Origin: Nitrospirota bacterium
GTDB taxonomy: Bacteria; Nitrospirota; UBA9217
Reading direction: 5' to 3'
Length of the DNA: 64,000 nucleotides
Assembly: GCA_963790205.1 (NCBI GenBank)
Contig: CAWBNQ010000014.1
Location: forward strand, 160,001-224,000
The notes under the pieces are model-generated. The model was not told where the DNA came from. It saw nothing but the letters and a program-made list of their open reading frames with translations, and ran no database searches. How positions within the stretch are numbered: the stretch's first letter is position 1; each line of letters starts with the position of its first letter. The translations under genes were made by a program, and so were the position numbers. This document shows, piece after piece, positions 40,760 through 51,627 of the stretch.

Positions 40760-41429
40760 CTATGGATGTTCCTCCACCCACACTTCCCCATCGGGCGTCG
40801 TTTCCTTCTTCCAGATGGGCGCAACCCGCTTCAACTCATCGATACAAAACCGGCAGGCCCTGAACGCCTCGTCGCGGTGCACGGCGGCAACGGCGATCAG
40901 CACGATGTTCTCTCCCACCGGAAGCGTTCCCACCCGGTGAATGATCGTCACGTCGATCACCCCGTATTCCCTGATCGCCCGTTCCCTGATCCCTGAAAGT
41001 TTCTTCTCAGCCATGCCGGGATAGTGCTCGAACTCCAGCTTCGACACCGTCTTGCCGCGCGAGAGGTCCCGCGTGGTGCCGAGAAAGGTCACGATCCCCC
41101 CGATCGCGGATGAGGACTCCTTCAATCGGCTCGATTTCCTGATCGAGGGAGAACGGCTCGTTCTGGACACGGACGCGGCCGCCGGCCCCTCCGGAGAAGG
41201 GAGGCATGAGCGCAACCTCGTCCCCGTCTTTGACCCGTGCGTCCAGCTTCACGAGCTCCTGGTTCACCGACACAACGATCCTCCCGGATGCAAGCACGTC
41301 CGACAGGGCCGGGTATTCCTGCGCCACCTCCCTGAGCAGGTCCGCCACCGTGCCGTTCGCAGCGTTCATCTTCAATTCGTCCCGGCCGACGCGGTCCTTC
41401 ATGATGGCGAAAAGTTTTACGATAATCAT
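40760..41429 (-). CDS. Fused molybdopterin synthase MoaD-MoaE (indel near 41125)
   Basis: VKLFA...DGDEVALMPPFSGG continues without a stop into GGIVTFLGTTR...HRDEAF...PIWKKE. Confidence 0.85.
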
Positions 41430-43120
41430 GAGATCATCCCCGGCCCGGCGTCCCTCCCCCTGTTCACTGTCCCGAAATCCGGCTCGATCTTGTTCTGGAT
41501 CAGGCACTGCAGCATTTCGAGTTCGTCCTTATCGAACCAGGTCATCTCGCAAAAACCGCATCGGTCGACCTCGATCAGATGCGCCAGGCTGTAAAAGCCG
41601 CGCGTCATGGGGTTCTTGCACTTGGGGCAGGAAAGAAGCGTCACCGGGGCTTTTTTACCGGTGAGCATCAGTTTTGACCACCTCATTTGATTTGCATTCA
41701 CCGTTGCCCGCGCGAGCGCGTTGATCCGCTCGGAACAAGGCCGGTCCCGATCCGTCCTGGCGATGATTCGCGCGATCTTGCTGTTCTCAACCAGGGTCCC
41801 GGCGCAGTAGCGGCACTCGTAGACCTGTGTTTCCTCATAGGATGCCGCCACCAGGGGCTGGCTGCAGGTGGGACAGGCAAATCCCGATGCTTCCTGAGGC
41901 TGTTCCGCGAGACGGGCTGCGAACAGGGGATTGACGAGCGGCTGTTTCCAGGCCCGCTCGACAGGATGGTTCTCCCCTGCCGTGACCCAGGTGAGCGGCG
42001 AAAGCCAGGGAAGCGCAGCCAGATCGCCGATGCCGAACGGCCCCTGCCACTGCTGCTGAGGGTTCATGGCATAAAACTGCGGTCCCGTCGTTTCCTGCGC
42101 ATCGGCCTCTGCCTTTGCCTTTTCCCTGCTGTCCGCCTTCGCGTCCAGCTCGGCGATGCTCGTGTGCGCCATCTTGAGCAGGATATCCATGCGCTTCCGG
42201 AGCGGCGGATGGGTCGAGAGGAGATCGGCCCAGAATCCTTCGGTTTCGTCAAGCGCCGAGGCCTCGGGGTTCACGATGCAGAGCATCTCAAAGCCGCTTC
42301 CGATAAACCCGGCCCCGCGCCAGCTCCGCGACAGGAGATGGAGCGTCTCGGCAAGGGCAATGGGGTTCCTGGTCATCCGCACTGCCGCGGCATCGGCGCG
42401 ATATTCGCGCTCTCGTGAAATGAACATGTTCAGAAGATAGCTCAGCTGGAGCAGCAACCACGCCAAAGGCGCTCCTGCAGAAGATGACGTCCTTCCCCGC
42501 GAAGATGTGCTGCTCAGGCTTTCCAGGAGAGAAGACCACGTGCCGAAGAGGCTCGATGCGACCGTGGTCTCGAGGCAGTCGCCGGAAAGGATGTGGTGCG
42601 CTTCATGGGCGATCACAGTCTCCAGCTGCGCCCGGCTGAGGCGGGAGAGCAGCCCCTCGGTGACGCCGATAACGGCCTGCCCCTTCAGGTCGGCAACGGC
42701 AAGGGCGTTCAGGGAGAGCGACGGAATGACCACGGCCCGGACCGTGCGCCGATGCCCGGTCACTACGTGCATTTCTTCCATGATGTTCAGGAACATCTTG
42801 TGGATGTCGTCCTTCGGGTCCGGCTCCTGCGCATCGAGCCCCCGGACCACGGTAGTGACGGTGTCGTATGCTGAAAACCAGAAGTGAATTCCCGCAATGA
42901 GCAAAGCGGTTATGCCCAAGAATATCCATGACCTCAGGGCAGAATGCAGCGGAGCAGGATGCAGATGGGTGGAATGAAGCGGAGCGGATTGCAGCGTTAC
43001 GGGGAACATCATCACCGCAAAGAGCGTCGCGATGACGAAGTACATGAGCATGAGGACCAGGAAGAAGACCCAGATGCGCCAGCTCTTCTGCCGCTCTATG
43101 TCGATGAAGGTAAGGGGCAT
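41426..43120 (-). CDS. M48/HtpX-like Zn metalloprotease with C-terminal Zn-ribbon repeats
   Basis: HEAHH, SREREYRAD, STHPP; CPTC/CRYC/CPKC/CGFC. Confidence 0.88.
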   Translation of the reverse strand: MPLTFIDIERQKSWRIWVFFLVLMLMYFVIATLFAVMMFPVTLQSAPLHSTHLHPAPLHSALRSWIFLGITALLIAGIHFWFSAYDTVTTVVRGLDAQEPDPKDDIHKMFLNIMEEMHVVTGHRRTVRAVVIPSLSLNALAVADLKGQAVIGVTEGLLSRLSRAQLETVIAHEAHHILSGDCLETTVASSLFGTWSSLLESLSSTSSRGRTSSSAGAPLAWLLLQLSYLLNMFISREREYRADAAAVRMTRNPIALAETLHLLSRSWRGAGFIGSGFEMLCIVNPEASALDETEGFWADLLSTHPPLRKRMDILLKMAHTSIAELDAKADSREKAKAEADAQETTGPQFYAMNPQQQWQGPFGIGDLAALPWLSPLTWVTAGENHPVERAWKQPLVNPLFAARLAEQPQEASGFACPTCSQPLVAASYEETQVYECRYCAGTLVENSKIARIIARTDRDRPCSERINALARATVNANQMRWSKLMLTGKKAPVTLLSCPKCKNPMTRGFYSLAHLIEVDRCGFCEMTWFDKDELEMLQCLIQNKIEPDFGTVNRGRDAGPGMIS

Positions 43121-43229
43121 GGTCTTGATAGCGGAAATTGAGAAATTAGAAAGTTAAGAAAATATAAAAGAAACCCTTAATATCTTACCTTCCCAGCTTC
43201 ATATCTTCCGCTTTTTTACTCCAGGTTCT

Positions 43230-43790
43230 CTACTTCCTCAGGCTCAGGTCCACCGCGGGCGTGGCCCGGTCCGCTTCCTCGGCCCCGAAGTACTCTTCCG
43301 TGCGGAAATTCATCAGAGACGACACGAAATTATTCGGAAACACCTGGAGCTTCGTGCGGTAGTTGGCGACCAGATCGTTATAGAGTTGCCGCGCAAAGGC
43401 GATGCGGTTCTCGGTCGAGGTGAGCTCTTCCTGGAGCTGCATCACGTTCTGGTTGCTCTTGAGCGCTGGGTAGTTCTCCATCACGGCAAAGAGTTTCCCC
43501 AGTGCCTGAGTGAGCATGTTCTCGGCCTCGGCCTTGGTCGCCGGCGTGGGGGCCGATACCGCTCTTGCTCTTGCCGAGATCACTTTCTCAAGGGTGTCCT
43601 GCTCGAATTCCATGGCGCCTTTGACCGTTGCGACGAGGTTCGGGATGAGGTCGTGACGCCGCTTGAGCTGCACGTCGATCTGTTTCCAGGAGCTCTGAAC
43701 ATCGTTCCGGACCGTCACCAGACCGTTGTAAATCAGAACAAGCCAGACGAGAACCAAACCGAGAACTGCCAGTATAATCCAGCCAGCCAT
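43230..43790 (-). CDS. lemA: LemA family protein
   Basis: QIDVQLKRRHDLIPNLV, ENYPALKS, TENRIAFARQ. Confidence 0.95.
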   Translation of the reverse strand: MAGWIILAVLGLVLVWLVLIYNGLVTVRNDVQSSWKQIDVQLKRRHDLIPNLVATVKGAMEFEQDTLEKVISARARAVSAPTPATKAEAENMLTQALGKLFAVMENYPALKSNQNVMQLQEELTSTENRIAFARQLYNDLVANYRTKLQVFPNNFVSSLMNFRTEEYFGAEEADRATPAVDLSLRK

Positions 43791-43876
43791 AAGCCCTCCC
43801 CTCCCGTGAATAAAAGGATCAAAATCAAATTGTGACGATTATATCACAATCGCCCGCTGCCCGGCAAAAAAGTCTT

Positions 43877-44713
43877 TTACTCTCCTGCCAGGAGCGGCAT
43901 TGCCGAAGGAGGAAACACTTCGCGCGCCTCTGCTTCGGCAAAGAGCCTTCGCACCGCCTTGAGGCCTTCCTCCCCCAGATCAAGCGAAAAGTCGTTTACG
44001 TAAAGGCCGATGTGACTTTTCATTACCGCCGTGTCCATTTCCTGGCTGTGCTGCCTGCAGTAGCTCATCACTTCATCAGTATGTGCATGGGCATATTGCA
44101 CGCTCCGGCGGATGCCTTCTTCTACGGCCAGCAGGGTGTCCCGCCCCAGGGAGCGTTTCCCGAGGATGCCTCCCAGCGGGATCGGAAGACCCGAATGCCT
44201 CTCCCACCACTCGCCGAGATCAAGCAGTTTTTCAAGCTTATACAACGGATAGGTGAAGCGGCTCTCATGGATGATGAGCCCGGCGGCCGCCTCTCCTGTT
44301 GAGACGGCATCCATGATCCGGTCGAAGGTCATGATTGTCACGTTCTCGATCTTCGGATCGAAGAGACGGAGGAGCAGATAAGCGGTCGTGAGCTTGCCGG
44401 GGACGGCGATGACGCCGTTTTTAAGGTCCCCAAGCTTCGTCCCCGGCCTGGCAACGATGAGCGGGCCGCATCCCCTGCCGAGCGCTCCGCCGGAACGGAG
44501 CAGCGCGTACTGCTCGCGTAGATGGCCCAGTGCATGATAGGATATCTTGGTAAAATCGAGTTTTCCTTCGAGGGCCATGCGGTTCAGCGTTTCTACATCT
44601 TCAAGCTGCTCGCGAAATCCGACGCCGGTGACCTTTACTCTGCCGTGGATCAGGGCGTAGAATATGTAAGTGTCGTTCGGGCAGGGAGAATAGCCCATAG
44701 TAAACGTGCGCAT
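43877..44713 (-). CDS. mqnD: 1,4-dihydroxy-6-naphthoate synthase
   Basis: SPCPNDT, GALGRGCGP, IHESRFTY, HIGLYVN. Confidence 0.93.
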   Translation of the reverse strand: MRTFTMGYSPCPNDTYIFYALIHGRVKVTGVGFREQLEDVETLNRMALEGKLDFTKISYHALGHLREQYALLRSGGALGRGCGPLIVARPGTKLGDLKNGVIAVPGKLTTAYLLLRLFDPKIENVTIMTFDRIMDAVSTGEAAAGLIIHESRFTYPLYKLEKLLDLGEWWERHSGLPIPLGGILGKRSLGRDTLLAVEEGIRRSVQYAHAHTDEVMSYCRQHSQEMDTAVMKSHIGLYVNDFSLDLGEEGLKAVRRLFAEAEAREVFPPSAMPLLAGE

Positions 44714-44724
44714 GGTTTACCTTC

Positions 44725-45456
44725 TCACCTTCCCATCTTCCAACCTTCCAAGATGATTCGCACTGCCCTCTGGGCGGCCTCAGCCGCTCTCGGGATGTTC
44801 CATTTTTTAAGGTCCCGGTTTTCCACGATGTTCGATATCCCCCGCACTTCGAGCCAGGGCACGTCGTGGCAAAGGGCCACCTGGGCTGCGGCCGCGCCTT
44901 CCATGTTCTCGCACAAGCCATGGTAGCGGTCTTCCAACTCCCGTGCGCGCGCCGTTGTGCCGGTGCAGGTCGACAGCGTAATGAAGGGTCCGACACGCAC
45001 GGCGCCGGCATCCCGTTGCAAAACGAGTATGTTCTTTGCCTGATTGAGCAAGCTCTCAGATGCGTGATAGGTGGTGTAAATCACCGAGGTGGTTGTCTTG
45101 AGAAGGGGGATCCCTATATATTCAGTATCTTTAAATCCGTCCACGGTCAAAACGCCCTCGTCGCCGGCGATCTCTTCCTGAGCAAGAGCAATGTCTCCGA
45201 CCATGGCGCCCGACGAGGGATAGGCCCCCCCGACGCCGAAGATACAGAGTGCCTCCGGTTGGAAGTGCGTCAGCAAAAGTGTTGCGGCATGGGACGCGTT
45301 TACTTTCCCCATGCCGCCGATGCAGAGCAAGATCTCTTGATCAGCGAGCTTTCCCGCAATGACCGATTGGGAACCGAACGACGTGGTTGTCGTCACAGCG
45401 GTCTTTGCCAGCAAAGATTCTGCCTCGGTCTGGACGGAACAGAGCAGGGCGATCAT
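44725..45456 (-). CDS. mqnB: Futalosine hydrolase
   Basis: GMGKVNA, GVGGAY, ENMEGAA, RGISNIVENRD; adjacent to mqnD. Confidence 0.9.
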   Translation of the reverse strand: MIALLCSVQTEAESLLAKTAVTTTTSFGSQSVIAGKLADQEILLCIGGMGKVNASHAATLLLTHFQPEALCIFGVGGAYPSSGAMVGDIALAQEEIAGDEGVLTVDGFKDTEYIGIPLLKTTTSVIYTTYHASESLLNQAKNILVLQRDAGAVRVGPFITLSTCTGTTARARELEDRYHGLCENMEGAAAAQVALCHDVPWLEVRGISNIVENRDLKKWNIPRAAEAAQRAVRIILEGWKMGR

Positions 45457-45608
45457 ACTAAAACCCTTTCCTTCGCGGAGTTCGTTGAGGTTCAGCGCGA
45501 GAAGTTATGAAGTTGTGAAATTGAGAAAGTAGGCGGTTATTTGCTTTATTTTCCCATCTTCTTAGCTTCCTACCTTCGTGCCCTTCCTCTGCGTTAAATT
45601 TTTTAAGT

Positions 45609-46043
45609 TTACAGCTCCAGCATCTCAATCCCGGTCTTTTCGTCCAGAACCTTGCGCGCGTCGATGCCTGTGATCTCCGCGATCACCGCCTCGACAACAA
45701 GGTACACAACACTGTCTTTGCGGATGCAGCCGGTATAGGTCTCTTTTTCACGGCCGATGGCGCCGTGAAGATGGATGACCGGATCATCGCCCTTCCGGAA
45801 CAGGGTGCCGAAGCCCAGGACCTCGCGGCCGTCGTTGAAATTCACCCACATCGGGTCCGGGGGGATGACTGCCTCGCGGGGCCCGGTAACGACCCCGGCC
45901 GAACGCATGCCTCCCAGAAGCATGATGGTCCCGACCCTGATCTTCTCCCTGACAGCAACCTTCTTCAGCTCTTCCAGGAGGTTGTCCTGGTCCTCGAATT
46001 TGAGCAAAAAAACCCTGCCGAACGATCCCTGAGAATACTTCAC
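45609..46043 (-). CDS. PPC/DUF296 domain protein
   Basis: GRVFLLKFE...HLHGAIG; GTG start with AGGGAG RBS. Confidence 0.85.
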   Translation of the reverse strand: MKYSQGSFGRVFLLKFEDQDNLLEELKKVAVREKIRVGTIMLLGGMRSAGVVTGPREAVIPPDPMWVNFNDGREVLGFGTLFRKGDDPVIHLHGAIGREKETYTGCIRKDSVVYLVVEAVIAEITGIDARKVLDEKTGIEMLEL

Positions 46044-46232
46044 GTAAGCTCCCTGACGGATGACTGGCGGTTCCGGGCCCGCTTCCGGAGCCGGTTTTAC
46101 GGCCGAAAACGTCAAAAATACCCCAAATATACCCCGAAATATACCATACTTTCCATTGCACTTCTACCGTAAATTTGCTATGATGGGCGCGATTTTACGG
46201 CAATTTACAGGGTTCCCAAGGAGGCTTGATTA

Positions 46233-47417
46233 ATGTTGAGATATTTAACGGCCGGAGAATCCCACGGCGAGCTTTTGATGGGCATCATCGAGGGCATGCC
46301 TGCGGGCCTTTTGATCCGCGTGACGGACATAGACCGGGACCTGGCCAGGCGGCAGGTGGGTTACGGCCGCGGCGGCCGCATGAAGATCGAGAAGGACTCG
46401 GTCAAGATCTACACCGGCGTGCGCTGGGGCCGGACGCTCGGGAGCCCCATCGGCCTTATGATACGAAATAAAGACTGGGAGAATTGGCGCGATAAGATGT
46501 CCCCGGACCCCATGTTCTTGAACACCGCAGAGCCGGTAACCAGGCCCCGGCCGGGCCACGCGGACCTGCCCGGCGCCCTGAAGTACGGGGTAACCGATAT
46601 CCGGAACATCCTCGAGCGTTCGAGCGCGCGGGAAACGGCCATGCGCGTTGCCGTAGGGTCCGTTGCGAAGAGGCTTTTGGCCGAGTTCGGCATCGAGGTG
46701 GTGAGCCACGTGCTCTCCATCGGCGGCGTGTTTGCCAAGGTCCCCAAGGCGTCCTTTCAGGATATCAGGAAGCGCGCCGAGGCCTCGGAGCTGCGCTGTG
46801 CGGACCACGAGGCCGAAAAGCGGATGATGAAGAAGATCGACGAGGCCATGGCGGCCGGCGATACCCTTGGCGGCGTGTTCGAGCTGATCATTACCGGCGC
46901 GCCCGTGGGGCTCGGCAGCCACGTGCATTGGGACCGCAAGCTCGACGGACGGCTTGCCGCTGCGCTCATGAGCATCCAGGCCATCAAGGGGGTCGAGGTA
47001 GGCGCGGGCTTCGGGGTCGCCTACAAACCGGGCTCGCAGGTGCATGACGAGATATTGTGGAGCAGGAAGGAAGGCTTCTTTCGCAAGACGAACATGGCCG
47101 GCGGCATCGAGGGCGGCATGAGCAACGGCGAGGCCATCGTGCTCCGGGCAGCCATGAAGCCCATCCCCACGCTCTATAAACCGCTCCGCTCCGTGGACAT
47201 GGCGAGCAAAAAGCCTTTCAAGGCAAGCATCGAGCGCTCCGACGCCTGCGCCGTTCCCGCTGCCGGCGTGGTAGCCGAGGCCGCGGCGGCCTTCGAGCTC
47301 GCAACGGCCATGATCGAGAAATTCGGCGGCGACAGCATCGAGGAGATGAAGCGGAACTACCACGGGTATGACAGGAACCTGAAGATGCGGATGGAAGTGG
47401 AAGAAGAGGAAAAATAG
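46233..47417 (+). CDS. aroC: Chorismate synthase
   Basis: [28 protein letters not shown]. Confidence 0.98.
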   Translation: MLRYLTAGESHGELLMGIIEGMPAGLLIRVTDIDRDLARRQVGYGRGGRMKIEKDSVKIYTGVRWGRTLGSPIGLMIRNKDWENWRDKMSPDPMFLNTAEPVTRPRPGHADLPGALKYGVTDIRNILERSSARETAMRVAVGSVAKRLLAEFGIEVVSHVLSIGGVFAKVPKASFQDIRKRAEASELRCADHEAEKRMMKKIDEAMAAGDTLGGVFELIITGAPVGLGSHVHWDRKLDGRLAAALMSIQAIKGVEVGAGFGVAYKPGSQVHDEILWSRKEGFFRKTNMAGGIEGGMSNGEAIVLRAAMKPIPTLYKPLRSVDMASKKPFKASIERSDACAVPAAGVVAEAAAAFELATAMIEKFGGDSIEEMKRNYHGYDRNLKMRMEVEEEEK

Positions 47418-47426
47418 GCAAAGAGA

Positions 47427-47556
47427 AAATTCCAAATTTCAAGCATCAAATAACAAATAAATTTCAATGACCAAAAATCAAGCTCCAAACGTTTTGGAAA
47501 TTGAAAATTGGTGCTTGTTAATTATTTGTCATTTGGAATTTGGTTATTGGGATTTT
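47427..47556. repeat. AT-rich heptamer-periodic inverted repeat element
   Basis: aaattcc-aaatttc-aagcatc-aaataac arm versus atttgga-atttggt-tattggg arm. Confidence 0.75.
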
Positions 47557-47566
47557 ATTTAGAACC

Positions 47567-48082
47567 ATGTTCAAGAACATTATCCTCACCGGCTTTATGG
47601 GCGTCGGCAAAACGAGCGTGGGCACACAGCTCGCGAAAGACCTTGGCTACGCTTTCGTGGACACGGACACGCTCATCGAAGCCGATCAGAAAATACCGAT
47701 CACTGTCATCTTTGCCAGGTTCGGCGAGCCCTATTTCCGCGAGGTCGAGGCAAAGATCATTCAAGAGGTCATGGGACGCGAAAACCAGGTGGTCTCCACC
47801 GGCGGCGGAGCCGTGATCTGGGACATGAACCGTGCGGCATTCAAGAAAGCGGGCTTCGTGGTCTGTCTCTCTGCCCGGCCTGAGGTCGTCTTCGAGCGCA
47901 TCAAGCACGAGACCCACCGCCCCCTGCTTCAGACCCCTGAGCCGCTGGCGAAGATAAAGGAACTGCTCGACAGCCGTGCGAAGTTCTACGCGCAGGCCGA
48001 CGTTGTCATCGACACCTCTGAAAAGTCAGTCGACGCCGTGATCAGAGAGATCAAAGAGAGAATCAAACATGCATACTGTTAA
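47567..48082 (+). CDS. aroK: Shikimate kinase
   Basis: GFMGVGKT P-loop, STGGG, RPLL. Confidence 0.96.
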   Translation: MFKNIILTGFMGVGKTSVGTQLAKDLGYAFVDTDTLIEADQKIPITVIFARFGEPYFREVEAKIIQEVMGRENQVVSTGGGAVIWDMNRAAFKKAGFVVCLSARPEVVFERIKHETHRPLLQTPEPLAKIKELLDSRAKFYAQADVVIDTSEKSVDAVIREIKERIKHAYC

Positions 48083-49152
48083 GGTAAACCTCGGCGACAG
48101 AAGCTACGATATCGAGCTCGGCGCGGGCCTGGACCAGGCCGGCGCGCATCTCAAGGAACTGGGTCTCGGCCAAAAGATGGCCTTGGTCACGAACCCCACG
48201 ATCAAAAAGCTCTATGGCCGGCGCATCGTGGACAGCCTCAAGGCGGCCGGCTTCCTGGTCATGTCCGTAGAGGTCCCCGACGGTGAGCAGTACAAGAACC
48301 TTGACTGGGCCAATGCCATTTACACCGCGCTCCTCACGAACGGCTTCGACCGGAAATCGGCGCTCGTCGCGTTCGGCGGCGGCGTCATCGGCGACCTCAC
48401 GGGTTTTGCCGCGGCCACGTTCATGCGCGGCGTGCCGTTCGTGCAGGTCCCGACCACGCTCCTCGCCATGGTCGACAGCAGCGTGGGCGGCAAGACCGGC
48501 GTGAACCATCCCATGGGCAAGAACATGATCGGCGCGTTCTACCAGCCGAAGAAGGTCTTGATGGACCTCGGCGTGCTGAAGACGCTTCCCAGGGAAGAAT
48601 TCCTTTCCGGCATGGCAGAGGTGATCAAATACGGCGTGATCTTGGACGCCGGGTTCTTCGACTATCTCGAAAGGAACCGGGACAGGATCCTCTCGCTCGA
48701 ACCCGATGCTCTTACTCATATCATCAAGCGCTCCTGCGAGATCAAGGCCGAGGTCGTGAGCAAGGACGAGCGTGAAGGAGGCCTCCGCGCGATCCTGAAC
48801 TTCGGCCACACCGTGGGCCACGCCGTCGAGACAGCCGAGCATTACACCATGCGCCACGGCGAGGCCGTTGCCATCGGCATGGTCTACGCCTCGCGCCTGG
48901 CGCATAAGACCGGTCTCTGCGACCTCCTCGGTCCCGGAACGCGTAGAGAAACTCATCTCATCGTACGGTCTTTCGACAAGCATCTCGACTCTCAGCCGCC
49001 GGCCGTCCGTGACCGAACTCATGGACACCATGCAGATCGACAAAAAGGCCGAAGGCGGCAAGGTGAAGTTCGTGCTCCCGTCTAAGATCGGCGAGGTGGT
49101 CATTACGAAGCAGTGGGATGAAGAGGTATTGAAGAAAATTCTCGGTGAGTAG
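48069..49152 (+). CDS. aroB: 3-dehydroquinate synthase (indel near 48925)
   Basis: GGGVIGD, DSSVGGKTG, LNFGHT, HGEAV; DKK...FVL in the shifted frame. Confidence 0.95.
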
Positions 49153-49186
49153 CTACATTCTTTCGTTCGGGCCGCAGGGAGCATAT

Positions 49187-49876
49187 ATGGGTATTGCAGA
49201 TATATTCGGTTTTGGGAAAAAAGAAAAGACACCTTTTAAGATTCCCCGGGAAGTTTCAGAGCTCCGCACCAGGATAGACACTGAAAACAGGGAAAACTAT
49301 CCCAATTTAGTCCGTTATCAGGAAATAGTAAGGGACGCCAAATCGGTCAAAATAAAATTACATGACCTTATTGCGCAGAAAGAACATGCGGCAGAAGCAG
49401 GCAGGATAATAGACGATCTTAAGAATAAGCTGGCACGGCTGGCCGAAAAGATCGAGAAAAACAAACAAGAAGCCAGGAAAGAGGGTAAACAGGATTACGT
49501 CGAAAAAAATATAGATTACCTTGAACGAAAGAGCATGAGAAACAATGCAAAGACCCTCTTTACGGTTTTTTTGGAAGCGCACGAATTGTTTCTTGCCTTC
49601 TGCAAAAATGGAAGACCGGGGCAGGAAGACGCACTGGATTCCGCGACCACAAGACTGATCAATGCCATAACAGAGCTGCATTATAACTTCTTCAAGGCTT
49701 ATGGACAGGATACGGAGATTCGGGGGCTAAAAGACAAGACCCTCGGGAAGATATCGGAGCTGGCAAAGTCCTTCGAGGAAAACGAAGGAAGTCTTGAGGA
49801 GAAGGGGTTGAAAACACGGGCAGAGACCAACTTGAAGAAACTGTTGGAAGCAACAAAAGGCCTATCTGCACAATAA
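49187..49876 (+). CDS. Hypothetical coiled-coil protein
   Basis: AGGGAG RBS; Lys/Glu-rich; lower GC than flanks. Confidence 0.7.
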   Translation: MGIADIFGFGKKEKTPFKIPREVSELRTRIDTENRENYPNLVRYQEIVRDAKSVKIKLHDLIAQKEHAAEAGRIIDDLKNKLARLAEKIEKNKQEARKEGKQDYVEKNIDYLERKSMRNNAKTLFTVFLEAHELFLAFCKNGRPGQEDALDSATTRLINAITELHYNFFKAYGQDTEIRGLKDKTLGKISELAKSFEENEGSLEEKGLKTRAETNLKKLLEATKGLSAQ

Positions 49877-49984
49877 AATAAATGGATGGGTTATGCAGTG
49901 CCCAAGCCGATGCACTGGCGCTGCAATGATTGCGTAATACGCTATCGGTGAGTATCCTCTGTCCCATAAAAATCGAAAAGACAC

Positions 49985-50043
49985 CGGCAAGGTAAAGTTC
50001 GTCCTGCCGAAAAAGATCGGCGAGGCGGTCATCACGAAGGAGC
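49985..50043 (+). repeat. Diverged duplicate of the aroB 3' end
   Basis: Encodes GKVKFVLPKKIGEAVITKE versus aroB GKVKFVLPSKIGEVVITKQ. Confidence 0.8.
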
Positions 50044-50076
50044 GGAATAACAGACAGCGGTTCTAAGGAGGAAATC

Positions 50077-50784
50077 GTGAGCGAATATCTCTGGCACTGC
50101 CCGTTCTGCAACGGGGACCAAACCGTCACCGAGGAGGCCCGGCAGGCAAGCTTCGCCGATCTCAGCATCGAAAACGCCGACGGCCCGCGCCGCCTCGTGG
50201 TAAAGTTCGTGGTCTGCCCCAATCCCCGTTGCCGGAAGTTCTCTCTGAGCGCCTCTCTTCACAGCCTCGAAACCTCGGGAAACCGTTCCTACACCGGAAA
50301 GCACTTGAAGACCTGGGCCCTCGTACCGCCGTCCCGCGCCCGCTCCTTCCCGATCGCCCTTCCCCCCCAGGTCCTTGAAGACTACCAGGAAGCCTGCCTT
50401 ACTATCGAGTCCAGCCTGAAGGTCGCCGCGGCCCTTGCCCGCCGCTGCCTTTCGGAGATGCTGCGGGACTTCTGGCGCGTGCAGCCCGGGAGGCTCGGCG
50501 ACGAGTTCCGCCAGATCAAAGGCGCGGCTGACCCCCTCACCTGGGAGGCCATCGAGTCCGTGAGGAAGACCGGCATGATCGGCGCACGCATGGACTCTGA
50601 AGGCGCCGAGATCCTCGACACGGAACCCGGCGAGGCAAAGATGCTGATCGGGCTGATCGAGACGCTCATCGAGGACTGGTATGTCGGCCGCGAAGAACGG
50701 CGCAAGCGGCTTGAGGGTATCAAACAGATTACGGGCGAGAACGCGGCTGAAAAAGAAAAAACCTCCGAAGAGCCACAAGCATAA
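50077..50784 (+). CDS. DUF4145-like protein with Zn ribbon
   Basis: CPFC, CPNPRC, DYQEAC...ARRCL..M.RDFW; AAGGAGG RBS. Confidence 0.78.
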   Translation: MSEYLWHCPFCNGDQTVTEEARQASFADLSIENADGPRRLVVKFVVCPNPRCRKFSLSASLHSLETSGNRSYTGKHLKTWALVPPSRARSFPIALPPQVLEDYQEACLTIESSLKVAAALARRCLSEMLRDFWRVQPGRLGDEFRQIKGAADPLTWEAIESVRKTGMIGARMDSEGAEILDTEPGEAKMLIGLIETLIEDWYVGREERRKRLEGIKQITGENAAEKEKTSEEPQA

Positions 50785-51052
50785 TCCTGTCTAATGTCTA
50801 TATGCCGATATGCCGGCTGAAATATCCGGCCAGGAGTTCTTCCTGTACTATTGGTCAGTTGCTTTAGCTTCTGATAGCATCTTTCACTTCGGAATTGATG
50901 TTCATTTGGACCTACCCGTTCGGGCAGGTCCAGTTTAACCAGTCTTTTATTCTTTATCATTCAACCAAATTTCTATATACTTTTGCGAGGTATAAGTTTC
51001 TTCGGAATTGGGACGCATCAGGCGCATCGGCGCTCCCCGATAGGGCGGCCTC

Positions 51053-51415
51053 ATGACGATCGACAATCGTAAAGAGCAGCGGCATGAAATTCCAGACCCA
51101 TGCCGGAAATACCTCGCGTTCACGGTGAAGCAGGATCAGGAACAGGTCACAGCGGTCATCGGCAATTTCAGCCGGAACGGCATCCTGTTCGAATGCCCCC
51201 GGCAGTTTACCGTGGGAGACCGCACCGAATGCTGTCTGCGGGTCAACACGGCCACTCCCCGGGAGATCACGTTCGAGATCGAAGTGAGATATTGCTACGA
51301 GAACAAGGACACCTTCATCACAGGCGCCTTCATCCACGCAATCTCGCATGACAAGTGGTTCGACGCTTTCGAAAAGCTGTTCGATATGATCGTCACCCGG
51401 CAGGGGACAACGTGA
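51053..51415 (+). CDS. Stand-alone PilZ domain protein
   Basis: RKEQR and NFSRNG motifs. Confidence 0.75.
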   Translation: MTIDNRKEQRHEIPDPCRKYLAFTVKQDQEQVTAVIGNFSRNGILFECPRQFTVGDRTECCLRVNTATPREITFEIEVRYCYENKDTFITGAFIHAISHDKWFDAFEKLFDMIVTRQGTT

Positions 51416-51627
51416 CGGGTCTGTGTCTTGGAACGTACATCCTATCTGTTGAAGTTGCATTTCCTTGAAACATGCTATGTTACATTGTGTAATTGTTGAA
51501 ATACCCTTACAATACTCCATCAATGTCGTTGACATCTTCTTAGGTCAGGCATATATTCGCATTCAGAAAATGAAACATTACCCGTGGTTAATTCATTGAC
51601 CGTTAATGAAATGGGAGATTAACGAGA

